DNA of 63,841 nucleotides, counting the filler, from Olpidium bornovanus S191 (lineage: Eukaryota > Fungi > Olpidiomycota): assembly GCA_017911155.1 (NCBI GenBank). It is 28 parts of 28 records of this genome, joined end to end, with 100 filler letters (N's around TTAATTAATTAA, not from the genome) between each part and the next. Parts side by side here need not be neighbours in the genome. Positions count along the whole stretch, not along the records: positions 9,218 to 11,590 come from JAEFCI010008485.1; positions 11,691 to 13,745 come from JAEFCI010009215.1; positions 13,846 to 15,578 come from JAEFCI010013303.1; positions 15,679 to 17,669 come from JAEFCI010008580.1; positions 17,770 to 19,475 come from JAEFCI010000768.1; 23 more parts are not named here. The stretch is one strand, 5' to 3'. The translations under genes and the position numbers were made by a program. The notes under the pieces were generated by a model. It did no database searches. It was given only the letters and a program-made list of their open reading frames with translations, and was not told the origin of the DNA. Numbering within the stretch: position 1 is the stretch's first letter; every line of letters starts with the position of its first letter. This document shows, piece after piece, positions 10,587 to 19,575 of the stretch.

Positions 10587-11590
10587 ATGCAGCTGAAAGG
10601 TAAAAGGTGGCCGCCGTCCGGAAGCAGCAACCCCGTTTATGAAATCGACAGCCGCAGACGCCTCCTTTTTGCGCCGTAGGGATCGAGTTAATGTCCGGCG
10701 AAGGCCGTCGTTGCAGCACGGGCCTCCGAAGTACGTTCACCCCGGAAGACGCGTTGGACGAGATATGCCTCGTCGAGCTCGGCAGCGTGCCGCGATTTTA
10801 CATGTCAAGCCGAACATTCAGGCTGTATCCTTTCTACCCTATAGTCGATGTGTGCTTGCTATTTGACCGGCATTATGTCTGACGTTGGAAAGCGCGAACT
10901 TAAGCCTTGACGTAAAACAGGCAGTGTCGTGTCGGAGGGCGCGGACGAAACGAGAGAGCGACTGGATGCAATTTTTGCGACCGATGAGGTCTGGGCGCTC
11001 AACCGTCTTTCCGGTTTGCGGTTTTATTTCTTCCCGTTAAACACGAAGGGACGTTAACCCTCCTCACCCATCGGCAAATCAACGCCCGCTAGGTGACCCC
11101 GTCCGGTCTGACGACCACGGCGCTGTTGGTTGGCTGGCGGGCAAAACCGCGAGCCGCCTACTCTAGCACCGATGAAGACCCGTTCGGGATCCCGTCCTCC
11201 CGGCCGTGCCCGTCGATATTCTTGCGTGGGACTGCGGCCTCAGAACCGATGCCGCCGGAGATCCCAGAACTGCGCCGTTGCCTTATCTACGGATCTATCT
11301 CAGCCCCTCCCGGACACGACAACGCCTATCACGACGGCGGCCTTCCGACGCTCTACCTTTACGCAACGGAGTTGACGGACCCCCGCTATTTCGCCGGCCT
11401 TTTTGCCATGGAGCAGGACCTGTCGTCGTTCGCCTCCCCGAGATCGCGCCCGCCCGCGGCGTCTGTCGACGCGGACCTCGACGTCTGGCTGGGCGACCTC
11501 CTGGGCAGCGACGACGACGGCAGCAGCGACCACTCGCCGTTGCCGCCCTGGCACGCGAGCGAAGACCTGCAGCGGAAATTCGAGAGCATG
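10587..11590 (+). CDS. Hypothetical protein, 3'-partial, with a U12-type intron (exons 10587-10599, 10680-10730, 10786-10824, 10921-10988, 11093-end of contig)
   Basis: All four junctions keep one frame: MQLKGIELMSGEGRRCSTGLRTCRDFTCQAEHSGCSVVSEGADETRERLDAIFATDEVTPSGLTT... Product not recognised. Confidence 0.6.
10825..10920 (+). other. U12-type (minor spliceosome) GT-AG intron
   Basis: 5' site GTATCCTTT (exact minor consensus); branch CCTTGAC at 10905-10911 with branch A 10 nt from the 3' CAG; no polypyrimidine tract; phase 1; removal restores the reading frame. Confidence 0.75.
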
Positions 11591-11959
11591 NNNNNNNNNN
11601 NNNNNNNNNNNNNNNNNNNNNNNNNNNNNNNNNNTTAATTAATTAANNNNNNNNNNNNNNNNNNNNNNNNNNNNNNNNNNNNNNNNNNNNAATCGTTCGG
11701 AAATTGGAAGCTTCTCTGCCGAGAACGAGACCTCCGAAGTTTGAGAAAAACGCCCCACCTCCTTTTTGCGGGAAACGTTTTTGTTCTTGTCTACCATCAT
11801 CCCTATCCATGTACAAGGAGTTTGAAAAATGTTTCTCCCATTTAAAACTAAGTGGAACAGGGTCAATTGACTCTGTCTATCATCAGTTTGATTTTGTCTT
11901 TCATCTAACTGTTTCATTTGCCCTAAAACGGCAAGGAGTTATGAGCTCAAAGGATGGCA

Positions 11960-12135
11960 AGATGACATTCAAGTCAAAGATACGCTCCCTGTGTTCGAGG
12001 GCAAGGACTGGCGTTCCTGGTCTACTCAGGCCCTTCTCAGCTTATAATTTAGTACCTTTGGGGAACAGTCAGCAAGCGCCCAAACACAGAGCAAGCAGAT
12101 TTGTCTGAATGGCGGGAGAACAACGAACCAGGCCA
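11960..12135 (+). mobile_element. Degenerate Ty1/Copia gag N-terminal relic
   Basis: DTLPVFEGKDWRSWSTQAL and a frameshifted EWRENN.QAM resemble the Copia gag P.F.G.NY..W...M and W...N.QAM patterns. Confidence 0.35.
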
Positions 12136-12159
12136 TGGAATACATCCTCTGCATCTGCA

Positions 12160-12383
12160 TCTTCACGGCTTCCGCAAAAACGTGCCCCTGTACAACATGA
12201 TGATGCAGTACTACGTCGCGGTGTTTAAGAACCGTACGCAGGTGGAGAAGATCTGCAAAATGATGACGGGTGCCGGTGATCCCGACCACATGTACGCCCA
12301 CCTGCTCTTTGCGCGGGCGTGCCTGATGCTGGTGGCCCTGTCCGGGGCGGTCCGGCTGTTCGAGAGTGGACTGTTCCTTCCAG
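12160..12383 (+). CDS. Isolated coding exon, possibly PPR-like
   Basis: High GC3 frame GFRKNVPLYNMMMQYYVAVFKNRTQVEKICKMM ending at a CAG|GTAATG donor; resembles the G..PNV.LYN.MM..Y PPR pattern. Confidence 0.3.
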
Positions 12384-12519
12384 GTAATGCTCCCATTTCC
12401 CATATTTTCTCAACAACTGTCAACAGTTCTCTTGACACGGACCTAATAATCGTCCGTTTCCGAGAGTGAAGCGATTTGGACGCAGCTATCCACTCTACCC
12501 TCACTGTTGTATTTCAGGC

Positions 12520-12990
12520 CCGAGGCGCAAAGTCGGACGCATCCGTCTTTAGGAAAAACGTTTTGCCGTCGTTCGGTTGAGCCATGGTTGGCCTTTTGCA
12601 AACCTTCAGGTCTTCAAACGCAGCTTTCGCCTCCTCGCGCCACCGGAACTCGTGGCTGGCTCGAAGGCAACCCGGACTAGGGGTGTCGCCATCTTCGCGT
12701 AATCCTTCCCGAACATTTTGTAAGTAGTTGGCAAACGCGAGGAAGATTCGCAATTATTTCACCGGATTTTGGTGCTTCCCGTTCTCGGACCCGTTTTTTT
12801 TGTTTCCTTTCGTCCTCGTCCACCGAGAATGTTTTTTGTTAAAATGGCGTATCCCAAGAGCTCCACGCGTTGTCGAACGCGAACATTTCTCGAGGTTAGC
12901 GAACAGATTGTTGTTCGCCGCAGGGATTCCTTGACGTCCTCTTTGCGCGTACATTTCTGTCCGAGAAACAAAGGTGTCTTCCAAGGTAAC
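12520..12990 (-). mobile_element. Degenerate Ty3/Gypsy RT-RNase H fragment
   Basis: NNLFANLEKC, RIFLAFANY, HEFRWREEAKAAFEDLK, FFLKTDASDFA across frameshifts; the YLDD motif has decayed to TLED. Confidence 0.8.
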
Positions 12991-13208
12991 AGCACCAAGC
13001 ACAGCAGCATTTAACCATTTCGAGGAGACAGAGGGGGAAGGGAAGATCGCGGCGTCAACAAAGAGTTGTTGCCCCCCCCTCCCCCACACACACCCACATA
13101 CACACAACTAAACAAACACGCGGAGATCGGCCGGTTGCTTTCCGGCCGGTAGCCGAACTTGGTGTGTAAAAAAGGAAAAAGAAATCTCAGACAACTAAAC
13201 AAAATTTA

Positions 13209-13281
13209 AACCCAACGCGGGGGTCAAACCCGCAACCTTGAGATTAAGAGTCTTACGCTCTGCCGATTGAGCTAGCCGGGC
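13209..13281 (-). tRNA. tRNA-Lys(CTT), probably a pseudogene or tRNA-derived repeat
   Basis: GCCCGGCTAGCTCAATCGGCAGAGCGTAAGACTCTTAATCTCAAGGTTGCGGGTTTGACCCCCGCGTTGGGTT: T-loop TTTGA instead of TTCGA, an A-C mismatch in the anticodon stem, three G-T pairs in the acceptor stem. Confidence 0.75.
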
Positions 13282-13684
13282 TTGAAAATTTCTCGTTCAT
13301 TTTTATAAATATTAAAATAACAAAAAACCTGCGCTCTCTCGCACGACAGTGGACTGGCTTAGTGCGCAGGAGAGTACGCAAGCGGCGGGAGAACTCCAGG
13401 CAAAAGCGTCTGCGAACGTCATGGGGCCAGCACAACCGCACACACATGTGCGGCCCCATTCCCCCCCTCCCCTGCAGCTAATTTTGTGGTGGTCGCGCGT
13501 GGCCGCCGCTGCATGTCGCGTGAGGTATTAGGGACCTTCCCCTCTTTCCCCCCCCTTCTTCCCTTCCTCTCCCCTGACCACTGGGAAAACCAACGGTGGG
13601 AGGAAGAGCGAAGCGTGGCTGCGACGTGCCTCGGGGGGAAGAGAGGCCCGGGCGGACAAGTTTACCGCCCTCTTCTTTTCCGCC

Positions 13685-13745
<61 letters not shown>

Positions 13746-15108
13746 NNNNNNNNNNNNNNNNNNNNNNNNNNNNNNNNNNNNNNNNNNNNTTAATTAATTA
13801 ANNNNNNNNNNNNNNNNNNNNNNNNNNNNNNNNNNNNNNNNNNNNATCCGCAGCAGCACAAAGACTTGCCTGGCTAGTTTCGATAGGTGGCAACTTTGCG
13901 AACGGCAAAATGTCACCATCTCCACTCAACGTCGAAAACCAAGAAGCAATTGAACTCTCAACTAAAACTTAGTGAATTAGCAACAAACCTAGGCACATTG
14001 CCGTAAAATCTTCCTACGTTTAAGAGAAAGTACAGCTGGGCGAGGTTGATGTGTTACCTATCAATACGGCCTGTAACACCGCTGATGTTTGTACGAAAGA
14101 AGGAGAAGAACGCCGCACGCACGCAAGCAAACAAAATAAGCGAAGGAAGAGAGCTTTTCCGGGCGCACCCCTCCTCCTTTTCCTCCTCCCCCGCCGGGAA
14201 GGATCTTAAAAGATCTGGAAAATATATATATATAAAAAAAAAAAAAAAAAAACCCCCGGCCCGCACGCACCCACCGGACCCGACAGAACCGACACCGCCG
14301 CGCTGAAACCGACACGCACAAACGCACTCACCCAAAAAACACACACACGCACCCGCACACACGCTCGCTCCGGGGAAGGACGAGAGCAAAGAGACGCCTG
14401 AAACAGAGTGCGGAGGAGGTGGAGGAGGAGGACGACGACGACGGAAGAATCATTTTCGCCCTCACTCTTCCCACCCGCCGCCACCTCCACCTCTGCTTCG
14501 TCCGCCGCGGACTTAAATCTCGGTGCGTGCGAACGGGAAAAAAAAAAAAAAAAAAAAAAAAAACAACCCCCGGACTAGCCGCCCCTCCCCGCCCTACCTC
14601 CCCGTTTTCCTCCTTCGCGGTTGGCGGTCGCGTTGTTGCAACCCCCGCAGAACAGAGAGAGACACGCACGCACGCATACGCCTGCCTGCGGCTTGTTCTG
14701 GGGCGACGCGCGGCACCACCCGCGGCGTTACTGCTGGGCGGCAAAGACGCTGAAAAGAAGTCACCGTTGCTGCGTGTCGCGCCTGGCCCACCCTTTTTCC
14801 TCCGTTGGTCCCCGACCCCCTCCTCTTTCTTCTTCCCACTCTCTCACTTTTGGAGGACGAAGCCTGAGTATGGATACCTTCCGGCGCCCCCGCGGCGACA
14901 TCGCCGCGCCACCTCCCATCTTATGCAGCACACGTTGGGAACTGGTGCTCTGGAGGCGCCCAAAGGCTGCCCGCGTTTTGTTTCCGAGAATCCGAAGAGG
15001 CGCGTCCGTGTGTGAAATTTGCCTACCCTTGGATAAACGCTGATCCTCTCTCTCTCCCTTTCTCTCGTTTGCTAGAGTTTCCGCTCTCGCGGCGCCGTTA
15101 AAGAAGCC

Positions 15109-15578
15109 ATGGACGTAAGTACTGGTTGCTAGTCAACGCAGCGGAGGGCAACGTTGTCTCTCCAAAGCGGGGAGCTCAACAAAACGTGCACTTGTTGCAC
15201 GAACTCTGGTCACGTGGGAAACTCTCGACTGGGACACCCTGCGCCGTTGTTTTGGACCGCTACAAGCTCTTTTCGCTGTAGGCGCGCGCCCCCCGGGAAC
15301 GAAGTAGTAACGCGTTTGTTTTCACTTTCGTTCCAGGATATTCTTGATTTCGGCAAGGAACTGGATGTCGGCTTGTTCGACCGCGTCGTCACAACAGCGT
15401 TCACCGGTACCGGTGCAGAGGTGAAGCTTGTCCGCATTTCGTACCTATAGCAGGTCCGTCGTTTGTTTATTTTGTTGTACGCTAACAGTATCCTTGAATC
15501 CAGCAACAAATGGCGATGCAAGTCCTTACCCAATTCCAAGAGCATCCAGATTCTTGGATGAGGGCGGATCAAATCATG
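15109..15578 (+). CDS. CRM1: Exportin-1 (CRM1/XPO1), 5' exons (15109-15114, 15337-15420, 15504-end), partial
   Basis: MD|DILDFGKELDVGLFDRVVTTAFTGTGAE|QQMAMQVLTQFQEHPDSWMRADQIM matches the Crm1 N-terminus (ILDF..ELD..LLD.VV..FY.G.G...Q.AQ..LT.FQ..PDAW..AD.IL). Confidence 0.93.
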
Positions 15579-15678
15579 NNNNNNNNNNNNNNNNNNNNNN
15601 NNNNNNNNNNNNNNNNNNNNNNTTAATTAATTAANNNNNNNNNNNNNNNNNNNNNNNNNNNNNNNNNNNNNNNNNNNN

Positions 15679-16171
15679 CCCTCCCGTCGGCGTCCATCGC
15701 CCGGAGCGCCGCTTCGAAGCGTTCCTCAGGGCTTTCCGCGAAGACCTCCTCGTAAAGGCCCCACGTCCGCTCGTGGTCCGCCTCCGTCTTCTCATTCCCG
15801 GCAACCGCCCGCCGCCGTTCTAGCCGGCGTCGGACTCGACGGCAGAGCGCCTCCTTCGGGACATGGCGCGCCAGGCTGATGCCTTCATGCGCGTGGATCG
15901 CAAAGACACGCGACGCGGTCGCCGTTCTGCGGCCGGCCGGCGCTTCGGAATCCCCATCGGCGGCGGAAGTCGTCGACCACGAAGGACGTGTTTCCGCGGC
16001 GACCGGCTTCTTCAGACCGACCGCCGCGATCGAAAATCCTGCTCTGATCCGCGCTCTTCGCTCTCCTGTCCCGCTTCCCGGCGCAGAGGTGGCGGTTGCG
16101 CAGTGGCACAGAGGTGCGCAGCGGCGCAGGAGGCGGCGGGTGCGTGAGCGCGCGGTGGCGATGGCGGGCAC
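15679..16171 (-). CDS. Hypothetical protein N-terminus, possibly a mitochondrial helical-repeat protein, partial
   Basis: Arg/Ala/Ser-rich presequence-like start MPAIATARSRTRRLLRR, then a helical segment WGLYEEVFAESPEERFEAALRAMDADG; runs into the gap. Confidence 0.4.
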
Positions 16172-16239
16172 GCAGCAGCGGTGCAGCGGGCGCGCAGCGG
16201 TGTTGGCGGAGAGGGATGGCGCGACGAGCGCCGGGGTTG

Positions 16240-16450
16240 CGCTCTTCGGGAGCGCTTTTTGGAAGGATGGCGCGGCGGCGCCGGGGTTGCGCTCTTCGAG
16301 AGCGCTGTTTTTTTTTTTTTTTTTTTTTTGAAGGATGGTTCACGCTCTTCGGGAGCGTTCACGCTCTTTGGGAGCGGTCACGAAGGATGGTTCACGCTCT
16401 TCGGGAGCGTTCACGCTCTTCGGGAGCGGTCACGAAGGATGGTTCACGGG
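16240..16450. repeat. Array of six 15-bp hairpin units CGCTC-N5-GAGCG within 50-bp and 52-bp higher-order repeats
   Basis: Units start at 16240, 16290, 16343, 16362, 16395, 16414; loops are TTCGG, TTCGA, TTCGG, TTTGG, TTCGG, TTCGG. Confidence 0.9.
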
Positions 16451-16679
16451 CAGGGCGCCGTTGGGCTCATAACCTGTGGTTTGGTTTTGTTTGGTTTATT
16501 TTGGGTTCGGGCGGTAACTACTTTGAGGGCAGTGAGGGCTTGAGTACCAACATGTCCTGACCGAGCTTCCGGCTTGAGAGCAAAAGTAGCAGGATCTTTG
16601 GTGTGGTTGATTCTTACATCCTGTCGAATCAGGGGGGTGGATGTGGTGTGAACTTTGTTCACTTTGATTTGATTTTCCC

Positions 16680-17040
16680 TTATTACTTCGATTATATTCT
16701 GTTTTGATTTCCATTGTACTTTGGTCGATTTCGATTTGTAAACTTTGTTTGCTTCTATTTTGATTTATTCTGTTTCGATTTCGACTTTATTTTTGTTTCG
16801 ATTTCGATTGTACTTTATTAATTTGGTTTTATTCTATTCCAGTTCGATTCTGTAGCCTTTGATTTGAGTCTACCCCCTTCGAATCGCCCGTCTATTGCTT
16901 CTCGATTTCGATTTACGCTTAGCAATAGTTTACGCGTTCGACGGTTGTACGCAGATAGAGTTTTCTTCCCCCCCCGAGCTCGAACGCACCAAACGAACGA
17001 ACCGAACGTAAAATCGAACGCAATAAATGCAACGAACTTG
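16680..17040. repeat. AT-rich TTCGAT / CGAAC subrepeat region, possibly a non-autonomous DNA transposon relic
   Basis: About ten TTCGAT(T)-like units on the left and opposite-sense CGAAC / ATCGAA units on the right. Confidence 0.5.
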
Positions 17041-17099
17041 CGATCTTCTCAAAGGAAACTCGGGCCATCGAGTGCTCGTTTTCCGCACCTCACCGTTCG

Positions 17100-17335
17100 C
17101 CGACATCTCGGGCGACACAAAACCGGTTCCCCTCTGTATCGATAATCGCGGAGCACTCGAGATTGCACAAGAACCCGAAAAAAAAGCAGGAGATCGAAGC
17201 ACATCGACATCAGGCACCTCTACGAATGAGCTACGCGCTGTTGCACCCAAAGACAATCTGGCAGACGGTTTTACAAAAGGTCTCAGGCACCCAGAATTCG
17301 AACATTTCCGCATGCGACTAGGCCTCGCACTGCTC
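17100..17335 (+). mobile_element. Degenerate Ty1/Copia RNase H 3' fragment
   Basis: PVPLCIDNRGALEIA..., frameshifted SKHIDIRHLY, then DNLADGFTKGLRHPEFEHFRMRLGL. Confidence 0.85.
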
Positions 17336-17370
17336 CCAGCGGACTCCTCCACCGTTTCCCAAGACTGATG

Positions 17371-17415
17371 GCCAGAGGTCAGGGCCAGAGGTCAGGGCCA
17401 GAGGTCAGGGCCAGA
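17371..17415. repeat. 13-bp tandem repeat GCCAGAGGTCAGG x3.5
   Basis: Seen directly, just after the Copia fragment. Confidence 0.9.
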
Positions 17416-17608
17416 TCATCAGGTCAAGATCGCCGGAGGGCTCTGGCCAAGTCATGAAATGGAGCTGCGAGTATGGTCCTCGTGTTTCACAACGCTTTTT
17501 GTTTCTTGCAACAAAACCGCTCGCGTCGCAAACCCTTCCCTAAAAAAACCCCCTCCTCTCACTCCTGCCCGCCTGCCCGCCCCTTCCCCCCCGCCCTATC
17601 CGCTCACC

Positions 17609-17664
17609 ATGAGCAAGTACTACGCAGTCAAGGAAGGCAGAAACCCGGGGATCTACGACAACTG
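17609..17664 (+). CDS. RNH1: RNase H1 first exon (N-terminal hybrid-binding domain), partial
   Basis: MSKYYAVKEGRNPGIYDNW followed by a GTGAG donor; matches the Cauli_VI/HBD pattern YYAV..GR.PGIY..W. Confidence 0.85.
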
Positions 17665-18021
17665 GTGAGNNNNNNNNNNNNNNNNNNNNNNNNNNNNNNN
17701 NNNNNNNNNNNNNTTAATTAATTAANNNNNNNNNNNNNNNNNNNNNNNNNNNNNNNNNNNNNNNNNNNNCATGCGGATTCCCATTTGCCCTTTCTTTCTT
17801 CCTGTCCAGCAATGTACACAGGATAACTCCCTTTTCCCGCAGGGGAGCCAGGGGGGCGGCGGGCAAAGCGGCACGGCGAGTCACGTGACCCTCTCCGAAG
17901 TGTGTCCCGCCAACTGTAAACAACCGGCCGCCTTCTTCCCTTTCCCGGCCTGGTTCTCTTCCTCCGCTTTCCCCAATCCGACCCGGAACACCGTCCCCGC
18001 CCGCGAGCTCAGCAGCCCAAC

Positions 18022-19414
18022 ATGGTCTCGGCGCCTCGCAACTGCAGCAAGACCTACAAGGTCCCTCGTCGCGCGTTTGAGGCCGCCCGTATCGACAACG
18101 TGAGTTTTCTGTTTCTCCCCGTTCTGCAGGTGCCCGCCCCTCAGTCGCGCGGGAGAGGGGAGAAACGCAAGCTGGGCGGCTGGGAAAGGGGGTGCCGGCG
18201 GGATTTTCTTGCTCTGGTCGCGGTATCTCGCGCCTGTTTTTTCCGCGGCGGGCGCGTCGGCGCCTTGTTGCTGCGGTTGCGGCCCGCGACGGAAGCAGTG
18301 CTAGGGAGGTCTCGCTGCGCGCTTGACATCTCCAACACGCAATGCGCGCCGCGGAGCCGACCGTGACAGAACACACCGCGTTGCGCAACGGGGTCGTGCG
18401 CTTCGCTTTGCTGCGCCGGACATGCGCGGCCGTTGAAACGTCGGTTGCCGGTTTGGACCGCTTAAAGTGACCGACGTGGCCTCAAAGAACAATGTTGAGC
18501 GCCGTGGAAGCTGCGGAAAAGTTTGGCGTGCGCGTTATTTGCGTTTTGGTTTCAGAGCAGGCGAGGGACCTCCGAACTACGGCGGTGGAAAGGGATGCGG
18601 CCGACTGGTCTAGAGATTCTTTCGTTAACGGCCCCTGAAACCTCGTTGCTTTTCTGCGGCGCCGATTTTCCGTCAAAACATCGAACAGGAGCTTAAGCTT
18701 GCCGGCGAGTACGGCCTCCGCTGCAAGCGCGAGATTTACCGTGTGGCCTACACGCTTTCAAACATCCGCCGCGCGGCTCGTGAGCTGCTGACACTCGAGG
18801 ACAAGGCCCCCCGCCGCTTGTTCGAGGGCAATGCTTTGATCCGCCGCCTCAAGCGCATCGGAGTGCTTGACGAGTCCAAGGCCAAGCTCGATTACGTCCT
18901 CGCCCTGACCATAGAAGACTTCCTTGAGCGCCGACTCCAGACCCAGGTTTTCAAGCTCGGCCTTGCCAAGTCCATTCATCACGCCCGTGTTTTGATCAAG
19001 CAGCGCCATATTCGGTGGGTTTCGCATACGACGACTTAACCGTTCGCGTTGTAGCCTTGTCGATATGTGAGAAAATCTTACACGGTTTGTGTTTTTTTGT
19101 TTTGCCCCTTCCCTTCTCTCCTTTGCTTGTTCGTCTTTGTCCAGCGTCGGGAAGCAGATTGTCAACGTCCCGTCGTTCATCGTGCGCCTTGTAAGTTTAT
19201 TCCTCTCCGCTGCTTGCGACTCGGCGACATGAGGTTTGCTCACGGGTGACGCTAAATAACAACGCCGCATTGCGCTGTCGACAATCAGGACTCGGCTAAG
19301 CATATCGACTTCTCCCTCACCTCTCCTTATGGAGGCGGAGCTCCCGGCCGCAACAAGCGCCGCCGTATAAAGCTCGCTACCCAAAAGGCTGACGAGGAGG
19401 AATACGAGGAGTAG
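18022..19414 (+). CDS. RPS9: 40S ribosomal protein S9 (uS4), complete, 4 exons
   Basis: [26 protein letters not shown]|[19 protein letters not shown]...[32 protein letters not shown]|[15 protein letters not shown]|[25 protein letters not shown]...EEEYEE*. Confidence 0.97.
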
Positions 19415-19575
19415 ATAATGCTGTATTTGCGTTCACCTCTTCCGTATGTCGCGAAAGAGATATAATGCGTCCATGNNNNNNNNNNNNNNNNNNNNNNNNN
19501 NNNNNNNNNNNNNNNNNNNTTAATTAATTAANNNNNNNNNNNNNNNNNNNNNNNNNNNNNNNNNNNNNNNNNNNN

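Noticed and set aside
15488-15503. GTATCCTTGA in CRM1 intron 2, resembling a U12 donor or branch site
   Set aside because: It lies between a U2 branch (GCTAAC) and the acceptor, the donor of this intron is GTGAAG, and using it as a donor would break the Crm1 frame.
17371-17415. AGGTCA nuclear-receptor-like half sites in tandem (a related motif also occurs at 5481-5529)
   Set aside because: Fungi lack nuclear receptors; simple minisatellites explain both.
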